64,000 nucleotides of DNA, from assembly GCA_021324685.1 (NCBI GenBank), contig JAJPIQ010000085.1, positions 5,713-69,712 of the forward strand, given 5' to 3'. Shown piece after piece: positions 9,909-20,017 of the stretch; the stretch's first letter is position 1, and each line of letters begins with the position of its first letter. Made by a program: the position numbers and the translations under genes. This DNA comes from Bacteroidota bacterium. Its GTDB lineage: Bacteria > Bacteroidota > Ignavibacteria > Palsa-1295. Under the pieces are notes generated by a model. It was given only the letters and a program-made list of their open reading frames with translations, searched no databases and had not been told where the DNA came from.

Positions 9909-10730
9909 TTATGGATGAGTTGCAACTGGAGTTTCCGATGGAGCAAGCAGCCTGATTGCGTCTGTAAGCGTGAGCGCATCTTCGTTCTTGTACGGTCCGA
10001 TCGATTCGCGCACGAGATCGGTGAGAATGCCACCGGTTCCGAGCGACGCTGCCAGGTCACGTACGATACTGCGAATATACGTTCCCTTCGAAACACAAAC
10101 GCGAAATGCTGCCTCGGGCCACTGGGTAGAGAGTATTTCCACCTCGTGGACGAGAATAGCACGCGGCTGTAGCGTTACCTCCTCTCCCGCGCGGGCGCGG
10201 CGATAGACCGGCTTCCCTTTCTGCTTGATCGCACTAAAGGCCGGTGGTTCCTGATTGTGCTCGCCCTGGAGTGCCAGAATGGCATGGCGAAGCTCCGCAT
10301 CGTTGAGATCCCGAGGTGCATCGCAGATCTCGATCGGCCGTTCGAGATCGAAACTTGGAGAAGTAACGCCAAAACGCATACGGACGCGGTATGTCTTTCC
10401 CAGACCCATGAGCATGGGAATTTTCTTTGTCGATCGCCGAGTGGCAAGCAGCAGCAGACCGGTGGCCAGTGGATCGAGCGTTCCGGCATGGCCGCATTTG
10501 ATGCGACGGATCCCGGTGGCACGACTGATCGCCCCGCGAATGCGGTTCACGACAAAAAACGATGTTTCGCCGTACGGCTTGTCGATCGCAAGAAGTCCGC
10601 CCTCTTCGCTTAGCAGTTCTTCGCGGGCAGCATCGGACGCGACCGCATCTTCGCTGCGTCCCAGGATCCGGAAGTCAGGCGTTTCCGTCAGCACCCGGAA
10701 CGATCCTTTCAGATTGGCCCCGTTCTTCAC
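9909..10730 (-). CDS. truB: tRNA pseudouridine(55) synthase
   Basis: IDKP, GHAGTLDPLATG, SKGTYIRS; exact start uncertain (overlaps rbfA). Confidence 0.96.
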   Translation of the reverse strand: MKNGANLKGSFRVLTETPDFRILGRSEDAVASDAAREELLSEEGGLLAIDKPYGETSFFVVNRIRGAISRATGIRRIKCGHAGTLDPLATGLLLLATRRSTKKIPMLMGLGKTYRVRMRFGVTSPSFDLERPIEICDAPRDLNDAELRHAILALQGEHNQEPPAFSAIKQKGKPVYRRARAGEEVTLQPRAILVHEVEILSTQWPEAAFRVCVSKGTYIRSIVRDLAASLGTGGILTDLVRESIGPYKNEDALTLTDAIRLLAPSETPVATHP

Positions 10731-11061
10731 CGATCTGTTTTAAGAGTTGTTCGACCCGTGCGACTTCCTGCTGCGTATCGTCGAGATAAAAGTAAAGTTC
10801 CGGTACGAACCGCAGCCGTACGGAATGCGCGACCGCCGAGCGCAGGTGCGGGGTCTCGGCTCGGATCCGTTCCAGCGTACGGGCCGGGGCCTGAGTACCG
10901 CCCATGAGGCTGATATAGACACGGCCGCTGCGAAGATCGGGCGACATCCGCACTTTCGTCACGGTGACCAGCCCGTCGGAAACGTCGGAAAAATCCTGTT
11001 GTAAGGCACGCGCCAACGCCTGCTGCACTTCCCCGGCCACGCGTTCGGTTCGGATCGACAT
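10675..11061 (-). CDS. rbfA: 30S ribosome-binding factor A
   Basis: RTERVA, VRMSPDLR, LRFVPELYFYLD; follows infB. Confidence 0.96.
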   Translation of the reverse strand: MSIRTERVAGEVQQALARALQQDFSDVSDGLVTVTKVRMSPDLRSGRVYISLMGGTQAPARTLERIRAETPHLRSAVAHSVRLRFVPELYFYLDDTQQEVARVEQLLKQIGEERGQSERIVPGADGNA

Positions 11062-11078
11062 GATGTTGAAATTGGAAT

Positions 11079-13865
11079 TTATCGCGCGGGCACGGCGGTC
11101 GTTAGCTTGCGTTTCACTTCTACGATCTTGTAGGCTTCCACTACGTCGCCCACTTTCACGTCATTGTAATTCTCGAGCCCGATCCCGCATTCGTACCCGG
11201 CATCGACTTCACGGACATCGTCCTTGAAACGGCGCAGCGAAGCCAAACCGCCCGAAAAGACTTCGATGCCATCTCGTAGGAGCCGGACTTTGTTGTTTCG
11301 AACGATCTTCCCGTCCGTGACGTAGCATCCGGCGATGGTCCCGACCTTCGGAACTTTAAAGATCTCGCGAACTTCGACGGTCGCGGTCACTTCCTCTTTC
11401 TCTTCCGGCGAAAGCAACCCTTCGAGGGCATCGCGGACGTCATTGATACAATCGTAAATAACGCTGTAAAGGCGAATTTCGACATGCTCGAGCGCCGCGA
11501 GTTTCCGGGCGTCCAGGTTCGGGCGGACATGGAACCCGAGTATGATCGCACCGGAGGCGGCCGCAAGCGTAACGTCGTTTTCCGTGATCGCGCCGACCGC
11601 GCGGTGGACCATTTCCACCTTTACTTCCGGCGTCGAAAGACGCTGAAGCGAGTCGGCAAGTGCTTCGACCGAACCATCGACATCTCCCTTCAAGACCAAC
11701 CGCAGGTGCTGTACGCCACCCTGCTTGATCTGCGCGCTGATATCATCGAGCGTAATAAACCGGACTTGCTTGAAGTCCTGCTCGCGCTTGAGCTGCTGGC
11801 GACGCCCGGATATCTCTTTTGCCTGCGAATCGGATTCGAGGACGATAAACTGATCGCCGGCCTGCGGGATGCCGTCGAAGCCAAGCAACTGCACGGGCGC
11901 CGAAGGACCGGCCACTTCCACTTTATTGCCACGTTCATCGAACATCGCGCGTACACGGCCCGAGTAGACGCCGGCAAGAAACGGATCGCCAAGTTTGAGC
12001 GTCCCTTTTTGGACGAGCACCGTCGCCTGAATACCACGGCCCCGGTCGACCTCGGCCTCGATAATGACACCACGCGCCGCTCGTTTCGGGTTCGCTTTCA
12101 AATCTAAAATCTCCGCTTCGAGCGCAATGCGATCGAGCAGCGCTTCGACGTTAAGTCCGGTCTTTGCCGATACTTCGACGCAGCCGAACTTGCCACCCCA
12201 TGCTTCGACCAGGATGTTCCGGTCCGCAAGCTGCTGACGAATGCGGTCCGGATTTGCTTCCGGGCGGTCGATCTTATTGAGCGCAATGATAATGGGAACG
12301 CTTGCAGCCTGTGCGTGGGCAATGGCTTCCCAGGTCTGGGGCATGACACTATCGTCGGCCGCAATAACGACGACAACAATATCGGTGATCTGCGCGCCAC
12401 GGGCCCGCATGGCCGTGAACGCTTCGTGGCCGGGCGTATCGAGGAACGTAATGGGGCGCCGTCCGGGAGCCGACACTTCGTACGCACCGATATGCTGCGT
12501 AATTCCACCGGACTCTCCGGCGACGACATTCGTTTTGCGAATGTGGTCCAGGAGCGACGTTTTGCCGTGATCGACGTGTCCCATAATCGTTACCACGGGG
12601 GCACGGGGCTCGAGCGTTTCCGGCGCGTCCGGAGCATCCTCGAGGACATCCGTCGTAAATTCTTCCTGGAACTCGACCGTATAACCGAACTCGTCGGAGA
12701 CGAGCTGGATCGTGTCTTTGTCCAGTCGCTGGTTGATCGAGACCATCAGGCCAAGTCCGATGCACTTCGAAATAATGTCCCCGACGCTGACGTTCATCAG
12801 GTTGGCGAGCTCGTTCGCGGTCAGGAACTCGGTTGCCTGAATGACCGCCTGGTCGCGCTGCGTCTCTTCCTCGGCGCGGCGTTCCGCCTCCTCGGCACGT
12901 TCGGAGCGGCGCAACCGCCGGGCCTTCGCGCGGCGGGCCATCGTCGTCCCTTCGTCCATCCCGGCTAACGTCCGGCGGACCGCATCTTTTACATCGCGTG
13001 CATCGACCGATTTTTCTTTCGACCGGCGGCGGCGAAGTTCCGGAGTTCCCGGAGCGGCCGGTTTTTCAGAGGTCCGTTCGTGCTTGGTCACCAGTCCCTG
13101 GATACGGGAACGAAGTTTTCCATCCCGCGACTCGCTCGGGGTGCTCGGCTGTTTATTCGAGAGCGGTTCGAGATCGATCTTCCCTTTGATCTTGAGGCCG
13201 GGAAGCGGCACGCGGAGATCCACCGGTTCCCCGGTCGCAATGACCGTTTTTCTGCGATGGCGGCGTTTCAGGCCATGTTTCGGTTCCAGGTCCGATTCCG
13301 CGGTCGCAGAGGAAGGCGCTTCGCCGACCGGAGGTGCCGCCGTGGGCGCGACCGGAACTTCGGGAGCCACCGCTTCGACCGGCTCTTCGGGAACGGGAAT
13401 TTCTTCAACGTCCGGGGCCGCCGGTGCGGAAACCGCTTCGACTTCCTGCGGTGCGACGGCGACGCCGATAAAATCAGGTTCGGAAACAGCCGGGGCTACT
13501 TCGGGCGCGACCGGAATAGGAGTGGGAGCCGGAGGCACAACTTCTGCCGGTTTCGCTTCGGCCGGGCGATGTTCGGGATGCTCGTCGAGAAAATCTTCGC
13601 GGGTCTTCGCCCGTTTCTCTTTAAAGGCGGCAACTTTTTTCTGGCGCTTTTCGGCGACGTCCTTCTCTTTGCCGAATTGCTTCATGACGATCTCGAGCGC
13701 GTCCGGCTCGATCTTCGACATGATCGACTTGATAGAGGTGAACCCCTTCTTTTGAAGGAATTCGATCAGCGTTTCGTGAGAAACGTTGATCTCGGTCGCG
13801 AGGGTACGGACCGTAATTTTTTTCGCTCCTGACGAAGCGGAAGTCAGCGTATCGGTTTCTGTCAT
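11079..13865 (-). CDS. infB: Translation initiation factor IF-2
   Basis: [25 protein letters not shown]. Confidence 0.99.
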   Translation of the reverse strand: MTETDTLTSASSGAKKITVRTLATEINVSHETLIEFLQKKGFTSIKSIMSKIEPDALEIVMKQFGKEKDVAEKRQKKVAAFKEKRAKTREDFLDEHPEHRPAEAKPAEVVPPAPTPIPVAPEVAPAVSEPDFIGVAVAPQEVEAVSAPAAPDVEEIPVPEEPVEAVAPEVPVAPTAAPPVGEAPSSATAESDLEPKHGLKRRHRRKTVIATGEPVDLRVPLPGLKIKGKIDLEPLSNKQPSTPSESRDGKLRSRIQGLVTKHERTSEKPAAPGTPELRRRRSKEKSVDARDVKDAVRRTLAGMDEGTTMARRAKARRLRRSERAEEAERRAEEETQRDQAVIQATEFLTANELANLMNVSVGDIISKCIGLGLMVSINQRLDKDTIQLVSDEFGYTVEFQEEFTTDVLEDAPDAPETLEPRAPVVTIMGHVDHGKTSLLDHIRKTNVVAGESGGITQHIGAYEVSAPGRRPITFLDTPGHEAFTAMRARGAQITDIVVVVIAADDSVMPQTWEAIAHAQAASVPIIIALNKIDRPEANPDRIRQQLADRNILVEAWGGKFGCVEVSAKTGLNVEALLDRIALEAEILDLKANPKRAARGVIIEAEVDRGRGIQATVLVQKGTLKLGDPFLAGVYSGRVRAMFDERGNKVEVAGPSAPVQLLGFDGIPQAGDQFIVLESDSQAKEISGRRQQLKREQDFKQVRFITLDDISAQIKQGGVQHLRLVLKGDVDGSVEALADSLQRLSTPEVKVEMVHRAVGAITENDVTLAAASGAIILGFHVRPNLDARKLAALEHVEIRLYSVIYDCINDVRDALEGLLSPEEKEEVTATVEVREIFKVPKVGTIAGCYVTDGKIVRNNKVRLLRDGIEVFSGGLASLRRFKDDVREVDAGYECGIGLENYNDVKVGDVVEAYKIVEVKRKLTTAVPAR

Positions 13866-13924
13866 TGCTCTCCTTTTTCGAGCGGACGTGAATAGAATCC
13901 GCTCTTGCGATGAATGGCCGAAAC

Positions 13925-13988
13925 CGTTAGCTCATTCATCGCCCTGCGTGAGCGATCAGCTACGACCGCTCATTCGGATGAGCTAACG
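13925..13988 (-). promoter_or_regulatory. Stem-loop in the nusA-infB spacer
   Basis: CGTTAGCTCAT (13925-13935) / ATGAGCTAACG (13978-13988), a perfect 11-bp stem with inner TGAGCG/CGCTCA stem. Confidence 0.55.
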
Positions 13989-14100
13989 CGGAGGAACCAT
14001 TATTCCCCGCTCGACAGCGGCTTTTCTTCGTCGCAACCGGGCGACCCCAAAAAAGCCTATCCAGACCGGCTCGACCATGCCGGATCATCAGAGTACCGTC

Positions 14101-15528
14101 TTATCCATTGTTGCCACTTTCTTGGTGCGAGGCTTCGGCAGCCGGGGCCGCCTCACCATCGGCTTGTTCTTCGACCGGATGCAGCACGCCGTCCTGATCG
14201 GCAGCGATTTCGCCGAGATCGGCCGTTTGGCCGGGCCGGAGCGTCACCAGCGAGACGCCCGCTTTTTCGGCGGTGCTTTCGAGGAGCTCGTCGGCCTGGG
14301 CAAATTCGCGTTCGATCGAAAGCCGAATATGCTCCAGCCGTTCCGGCGTCATCCCGGGAATACGCAGCAGCGTTTCGCGCGGCGTCGCCAGGAATTCCTT
14401 GGCCGTATCGATGCGGGAGCGGATCAGCTCGCCGTAAAGTTCCGCGCCGATCTCGTCGCGGAAGTCGATCAGCTCGATGTCCTCTTCGTCGCGCGCTTCC
14501 TTGACCAGGTTGATCTGGTACCCCGTCAGCCGCGAAGCAAGCCGGACGTTCTGCCCCTGCTTGCCGATCGCCAGCGAGACCTGGTCGTCGCTCACGAGTA
14601 CGGTCGCCGTCTTCGAATCCTCATTGAGTTCGACCTCGATGAGCTTGGCGGGCGATAACGCACGCCCCAAAAATTGCACCGGGTCCGGAGACCACGGAAT
14701 GATATCGATATTCTCGTTGGCCAGTTCGCGGACGATCGAATGAATCCGGACGCCTTTCATTCCGACGCAGGCACCGACCGGATCGACGCGGTCGTCCGTC
14801 GTTTCGACGGCCACCTTGGCGCGTTCGCCGGGTTCCCGCGCGACGGCCTTGATAAGAATAATTCCGTCGTAAATTTCCGGAATTTCGATCTCCATCAGGC
14901 GCTCGAGGAAGCGCGGGTCGCTGCGCGAAAGCAAAACGACCGGGGCCGAACTCGGCCCGCCGCGGCGCACGTCCTTGACGATCGCGCGGATCGTATCGCC
15001 TTTGCGCCACCGTTCCCGCTGGATCTGCTCCTGCTTCGGCAGCAGGAGTTCCCGGCGGTTGTGGATCACGAAGAGGTCGCCATGGCGGATCTGGTACACC
15101 TCGCCGACGATAATTTCGCCGATGAGCTGATTATACTCGTTGAACACATTATCTTTCTCGATCTCGCGAATACGCTGGTTCAGGTTCTGCTTGGCCGTCA
15201 CGATCAGCCGGCGGCCAAAGTCCTTCCCCATATTGATGATCTCGACGTATTCATCGCCGGGTTCCAGTTCCTCACCCGATTTTTCGAGCGCTTCTTTCGG
15301 CGTGATCTCGGTCGCCGCGTTTTCGACCTTCTCGACCACCGTTTTTTCGAGATAAATTTCGATATCGCCCTTGTCCATATTCATCACAAGGTCGAACTTC
15401 GCGTCCATGCCGTATTTTTTACGGATCATCATGGCGAAGGTCTCCTCGATCACGGACATCAGGATGTCCCGATCGATCCCCTTCTCGCGGACCATGTCCG
15501 CAAACGATTCTACGATAATTGGATTCAA
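14101..15528 (-). CDS. nusA: Transcription termination/antitermination factor NusA
   Basis: FGRR, EIPEIYDG, AREPGERAKVAV, DPVGACVG, AIGKQGQNVRLA; TTG start. Confidence 0.98.
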   Translation of the reverse strand: MNPIIVESFADMVREKGIDRDILMSVIEETFAMMIRKKYGMDAKFDLVMNMDKGDIEIYLEKTVVEKVENAATEITPKEALEKSGEELEPGDEYVEIINMGKDFGRRLIVTAKQNLNQRIREIEKDNVFNEYNQLIGEIIVGEVYQIRHGDLFVIHNRRELLLPKQEQIQRERWRKGDTIRAIVKDVRRGGPSSAPVVLLSRSDPRFLERLMEIEIPEIYDGIILIKAVAREPGERAKVAVETTDDRVDPVGACVGMKGVRIHSIVRELANENIDIIPWSPDPVQFLGRALSPAKLIEVELNEDSKTATVLVSDDQVSLAIGKQGQNVRLASRLTGYQINLVKEARDEEDIELIDFRDEIGAELYGELIRSRIDTAKEFLATPRETLLRIPGMTPERLEHIRLSIEREFAQADELLESTAEKAGVSLVTLRPGQTADLGEIAADQDGVLHPVEEQADGEAAPAAEASHQESGNNG

Positions 15529-15597
15529 AGAAGTACTCTGCTAAATCAATGAAGTGAATATGGAAGAAAACGATCCATTCCCGGAATGTGCCGCCCG

Positions 15598-15921
15598 TGC
15601 AATTTAAGCGCGATGGGCCGCCCTGCAATTCAAGCGCGCGCTTCATATCCGTCAGCGCGCCACTTGAATCGGCCCGCTTCGTAACACCCGGCACGCGCAC
15701 AAATTCCAAAAACAGCCGGTTCCGTGCCTGATTCCGGATGATTTCTTCATCATCAAGGGCTTTCCCAAGGGCTTCCCTGAGGGCTTCCCCAAAGCATCCG
15801 GGCTTTCTTCATCATCCAGGATTGCCACGCCAGCGTTCCTTGCTGCCAGGACGCTCCTGAATGAAAAAGCCCGGCTCCCCAGGATGCCGATCACGATCGC
15901 TCATCCGTTCCAGAAGCGGGC
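15598..15921 (-). ncRNA. Candidate structured leader RNA upstream of nusA
   Basis: Nested inverted repeats (15672-80/15913-21, 15735-41/15901-07, 15798-806/15866-74, 15615-20/15670-75, 15628-34/15663-69) in an intergenic region with no credible ORF. Confidence 0.5.
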
Positions 15922-16227
15922 ACGTTTCCGAGAAGTGCTAAGCAACAGCACCTATTTAAAAATGATTCAAATTGAGGAAACAGCTTAAATTGTGCCTTTT
16001 TTATTTACCCTCGCAAGCAAATCATAGCCACCTCCACCAGCAACTCAGCGTCGCAGCTTCCTGCCCGTCCCTGGCGCGACTGCTCCCATCCATGCATTTT
16101 ACGAGCGTAAGAATATGCAACACCAATAAATATTTCAGGTCGTTCCTACGGGTAATATCATGGGATATTCCAAAAAAGCCAGAATTTGATGCTTTCTATT
16201 CTGGCACATTTGGATGGGGATTGTTTT

Positions 16228-16255
16228 TCATGAACTAACGGTCGTTAGTTCATGA
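16228..16255. promoter_or_regulatory. Perfect 13-bp palindrome (operator or hairpin)
   Basis: TCATGAACTAACG-GT-CGTTAGTTCATGA. Confidence 0.55.
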
Positions 16256-16320
16256 CAGCGGGAGACTGAGTTCCCGATTTCCGAGAATTTTACTATTATT
16301 TTGCAATATCAATGATGGCC

Positions 16321-16386
16321 CGTAGGTCGAGCGTCCCCGCTCGACTCACCGGAGAATCGATGTCGAGCGAGGACGCTCGACCTACG
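16321..16386. repeat. REP doublet (REPIN-like)
   Basis: CGTAGGTCGAGCGTCCCCGCTCGAC (16321-45) and its inverse with one mismatch (16362-86); each has a GTAG foot plus a GTCGAGCG/CGCTCGAC hairpin. Confidence 0.8.
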
Positions 16387-16399
16387 CGCTGCGAAATTC

Positions 16400-16864
16400 C
16401 TAATTAAAAGGCCCCGGAGAAAGATTACGCGTTGGTATCTTAATATATGCGCCAATCATGTTGCTTCGGATAGTATCGCCGAAAGGCACATTAAACTGGT
16501 AAAAAGGATAGATGAATATTCCGAGGAACGGAATTATACTGAAACCACTGTAAACATGATTATCCAAAAAAGTTACAGTGGGGCCAACGTCGAGTCCGAA
16601 AAAAAGCATACCTTCCACGCCGATATGGAGTCTCTGAAAGCGATGACCGAAATCGACATCTGCGGTAATCCCGTAAAATGGGCCAAGGGACTCCGATTGG
16701 CGAGGAAGGTACGTGGCCTCAAATCCACCTACCAACCCGGACCCAAATTCATAGCCAATTTTAGGGCCGATGCTCCACCATGATGCCTTTTGTGCTAAGC
16801 AATAATATGGGAATAAAGTAAGCATTGAATAGACATACATGATTCGAAAAACTTTATTTCTCAT
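16400..16864 (-). CDS. Hypothetical exported protein (small beta-rich, possibly outer membrane)
   Basis: Signal-peptide-like N-terminus ending AQ; Gly/aromatic beta-strands; co-oriented with neighbours. Confidence 0.65.
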   Translation of the reverse strand: MRNKVFRIMYVYSMLTLFPYYCLAQKASWWSIGPKIGYEFGSGLVGGFEATYLPRQSESLGPFYGITADVDFGHRFQRLHIGVEGMLFFGLDVGPTVTFLDNHVYSGFSIIPFLGIFIYPFYQFNVPFGDTIRSNMIGAYIKIPTRNLSPGPFN

Positions 16865-16911
16865 AATGTTATCATAAAACGTAATTTATTACGCGTAGGT
16901 CGAGCGATCGA

Positions 16912-19008
16912 TCAGAATAGTGAAACCTTCGTAAATTCCCTTTCTCCTTGCCCGTGTTTTAACACAATAAAATAATCGCCCGCTGGCAAGACGCCGGTCG
17001 TTATGGATTCTTCAATGCCAGACAGTTGCTCCCAAAAACAGCACGTCCCGAGCTCATCATAAATAAAGACCTCACCCGGTTCCCGTAACTCTGGTTCCCG
17101 GACTACGATGCGGCTGTGAGAGGCGTAGACGGAAAGCGAAGAAAATCCCGATTGAGAATAATCCTTCACCGCATCGGTTTCAGGTCCCCGATAAACGATA
17201 AGGTCCTGACTGCCTATGGAGACGTCGCCTGTTTGCGGACTAACGGCCATACAAAAAATAGTGCTGCTGTCAAGGGCTTTTTCTTTCTTTAGAATTTTGT
17301 TCGTTGCTAAATCGAACCATTCAATCGTATCATTCCACGTATTGTAATTATTGAAGTGCCCAAGCGCAAAACCTCCCACATATTTGCCATCGGGAAGTCT
17401 TATAACCGTCCCCATGGTACCGTCGTGGGGAATTTGTTCTGTTGCACTATTAAAAATATTACGAATTTCATAACCGTTAGTGCCATTCACTAAAAGAGCA
17501 GAGTCTCCCGGCATAAAAGCGATCAGACCGATTCCGCCCCACCCTGCATCGCTCCGATTGAGGGTAGCTAAACGCTTCCCGGTATGAGAATCCCACACGT
17601 AAAAATTATTTGGGTCGCTTGCCGCCAAAAAACTTCCACTGTTCGAAAAAACGAGGGCGAAAATTGGGTTAAGCGGATTATCTAGCGTTGCGACTAACCG
17701 GCGCTGTGGCCCATTCCAAATTTGGGCAGCATTTCTTTCGTCCTGAGACCATCCGCTTTCGGAATAAATCTGTGTGGCCACAGCAAATTCGGAATCGTCC
17801 GGAGAAACGGCGACAACAGTTGGAGCAGATGTATCGCAAATGCCGGATCGCAACTGCACTCCGGTGTCTGACAGGTCCGACCAAAAATAAATTTCTCCGT
17901 TCGGGCCTCCTCCGGTAACGGCATGGTAACCGGTTGCGGTCGAAGAGCGCCCGCCAACAATGGATAACGAACGTACCGCTCCGTTTTTAGCATCGAAGAT
18001 GCTTCCGGCAACGAGACTTTTGCCATCTGCGGAGAACGCCCCATAGAATGTGGGGGTACATCCAAGGTCTTGCACAACCTCGTGGCGAGAAATAGAATAG
18101 AGGGTGGGTCCCGGAACGATAAGAGTATCTTCGTTGAAAAACGATGCGGAAGGGAATGGCAACGGAGTAACTGCGTGAGATTTAAGATCGATAATATCGG
18201 CCGTTTGCGCACCATTCAAAATATTGAACTGCTCCGACGTTATGCTTGAACCGGAAGGACTGAAAGTGATTGCTCCTCCGGCATTTTCACTTCCCCATTC
18301 TGCCAGAATCGCTCCCGAAGTATCCATTTCCTTTAAATCGTTATCCCAGACAATGAACGTTCCGGCACGCTTCGGATTGAAGGCGAGGACCTGCGGCGTA
18401 TTAAAAATATTGCCAAAGCGACGCACTTCTTTTTTCGACGGTATATCTATCAGTGACAAAATACTATTTGCCGTTGCCGCAAGCAGCATCGTGCCGTCGG
18501 AACTTATACTAACACGGCCTCGATCTTTTGCTTTCACGGTTAAGTACAGGCTGTCGCCGATTCGATCGAACAGATACTCCATCGAATCCTCATAGCTCAC
18601 ACATATAAAGTTACCATCGGGCGTTGCATCGATAGAGAGTGGAATACCCTCCGAAGGCAAGCTTACAAGGAGCGTAAACTTGTTCGAATCTGGATTCCAG
18701 GCTATGATCCGTTCTCCACATGCAGAGATGATTTCATGTCCGCCCTTCGTTGAAACAGAGGTCCACGCGACGTCACGGCTCAAGTGGTCGGTGTCTGCAA
18801 ACGAGCTGCCGCGTTCCGGAATTACGGCATTACTGAGAGGCCACGCTTCCCACCCCTCCAGGGTCGTGAATAAAAGCATGTCCTGTCTCGTCGACGGCAC
18901 GAGCGTTCCCGCTGTTCCGCCTCTTGCCCACAAAATGTCCGGCGTCTGCGCGAAGGCGTCCGGCGCAAACACAAGAATGCTTATCGAAAGAATGGCCCGT
19001 TGTAACAT
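16912..19008 (-). CDS. WD40/beta-propeller protein with T9SS C-terminal domain
   Basis: Signal peptide; FSxxG/SPD..WD-type repeats; C-terminal IYDELG...LPAGDYFIVL. Confidence 0.82.
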   Translation of the reverse strand: MLQRAILSISILVFAPDAFAQTPDILWARGGTAGTLVPSTRQDMLLFTTLEGWEAWPLSNAVIPERGSSFADTDHLSRDVAWTSVSTKGGHEIISACGERIIAWNPDSNKFTLLVSLPSEGIPLSIDATPDGNFICVSYEDSMEYLFDRIGDSLYLTVKAKDRGRVSISSDGTMLLAATANSILSLIDIPSKKEVRRFGNIFNTPQVLAFNPKRAGTFIVWDNDLKEMDTSGAILAEWGSENAGGAITFSPSGSSITSEQFNILNGAQTADIIDLKSHAVTPLPFPSASFFNEDTLIVPGPTLYSISRHEVVQDLGCTPTFYGAFSADGKSLVAGSIFDAKNGAVRSLSIVGGRSSTATGYHAVTGGGPNGEIYFWSDLSDTGVQLRSGICDTSAPTVVAVSPDDSEFAVATQIYSESGWSQDERNAAQIWNGPQRRLVATLDNPLNPIFALVFSNSGSFLAASDPNNFYVWDSHTGKRLATLNRSDAGWGGIGLIAFMPGDSALLVNGTNGYEIRNIFNSATEQIPHDGTMGTVIRLPDGKYVGGFALGHFNNYNTWNDTIEWFDLATNKILKKEKALDSSTIFCMAVSPQTGDVSIGSQDLIVYRGPETDAVKDYSQSGFSSLSVYASHSRIVVREPELREPGEVFIYDELGTCCFWEQLSGIEESITTGVLPAGDYFIVLKHGQGEREFTKVSLF

Positions 19009-19180
19009 TCTACCTGATTTCCATCTTCATGTCAGCTCTAAAATTCCCGTTATCGAGGCTTTCGATGGAGCAGCGCGTAGGTCGCTCTAGAAAAATTTAA
19101 AGCTCAAATGAGAGCCCAAGAATAACTCTGAGATCGGTAGTCTTGACATTCGAGCCGGCCAATGGAGTTGACGCTTCAAT

Positions 19181-19978
19181 TTAATGGTCGAGAAAGATTC
19201 GAAAGCATTGCGTGCCCGACTGAATAAAATAAAGCCCGCGCGTCGCATTCGAAAAATCGAAGTCGTAACATGTGCTGGATATTGATTGCGGCGCAATATT
19301 ATTTATTGCCCGGCCGAGTTCATCGTACACTTTGAATTCGCGCGGGCTACAATTCCGCGCCCAAAGATAGGCGTGGCGATTACGGAAATAACATTCCAGG
19401 GAGTCGTCACTCGTGCCCTCCCTAACGCCGGCCCCGCCAGGCATCACAGGCGTCGCCAATTGAAAACTGATATTGGGAATGTTATATAAGAATTTATAAA
19501 CGGAATCGGCGGGTGTAAAAGAAAAAAAGTGAAATTCGAACCAACACGCGTAATCAATGGTATCGTCTGGAAAAAGGCGTCGAACTACAAAAGGTCCGAT
19601 GCTATCGTAAATGTTTTTAAAAACGAAACGCCATTGAGGGTAATTTGTATCGATTGCCGTCCACGGTAGCTCCATGATCGTATCGGCCGGCGCCCAGGGG
19701 ACCCATATAGGAATCTCTAAATGAATACCGCGATGTATCCAAATTGGCCCGTCGGATAAGTTTGACAAACACGTGTCGAGCATCACGGAATCGGGGTTGT
19801 AGAGTGAATCGTCGTGGTAAAAGTCATTTCCATGATACAAAGCATGAAAATACAACTCGAGACAGGTGGTATCGATATTCCACCGATTTTGCGCCGAGGC
19901 ATGCTCCGCCGTCCATGGTGCAGCCGCAACCAGGATTAGCACGACGGCAAACAAAACCGATTTTCGTGTGCGATTCAT
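19181..19978 (-). CDS. T9SS-secreted hypothetical protein, paralog A
   Basis: Signal peptide; NPDSVMLDTC domain; C-terminal VYDELGR...GLYFIQ. Confidence 0.8.
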   Translation of the reverse strand: MNRTRKSVLFAVVLILVAAAPWTAEHASAQNRWNIDTTCLELYFHALYHGNDFYHDDSLYNPDSVMLDTCLSNLSDGPIWIHRGIHLEIPIWVPWAPADTIMELPWTAIDTNYPQWRFVFKNIYDSIGPFVVRRLFPDDTIDYACWFEFHFFSFTPADSVYKFLYNIPNISFQLATPVMPGGAGVREGTSDDSLECYFRNRHAYLWARNCSPREFKVYDELGRAINNIAPQSISSTCYDFDFSNATRGLYFIQSGTQCFRIFLDH

Positions 19979-20017
19979 GGGATTTGATAGGAATTTAAGC
20001 TGTATTCGATGGGATGA

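Noticed and set aside
10675-10730. 56-bp rbfA/truB overlap
   Set aside because: Probably start-codon uncertainty or a drifted stop; common in this operon
11484-15552. Long antisense ORFs over infB and nusA (and similar ones over smc, pruA, DUF5916, dinB)
   Set aside because: Shadow ORFs from high-GC codon bias with no recognisable motifs
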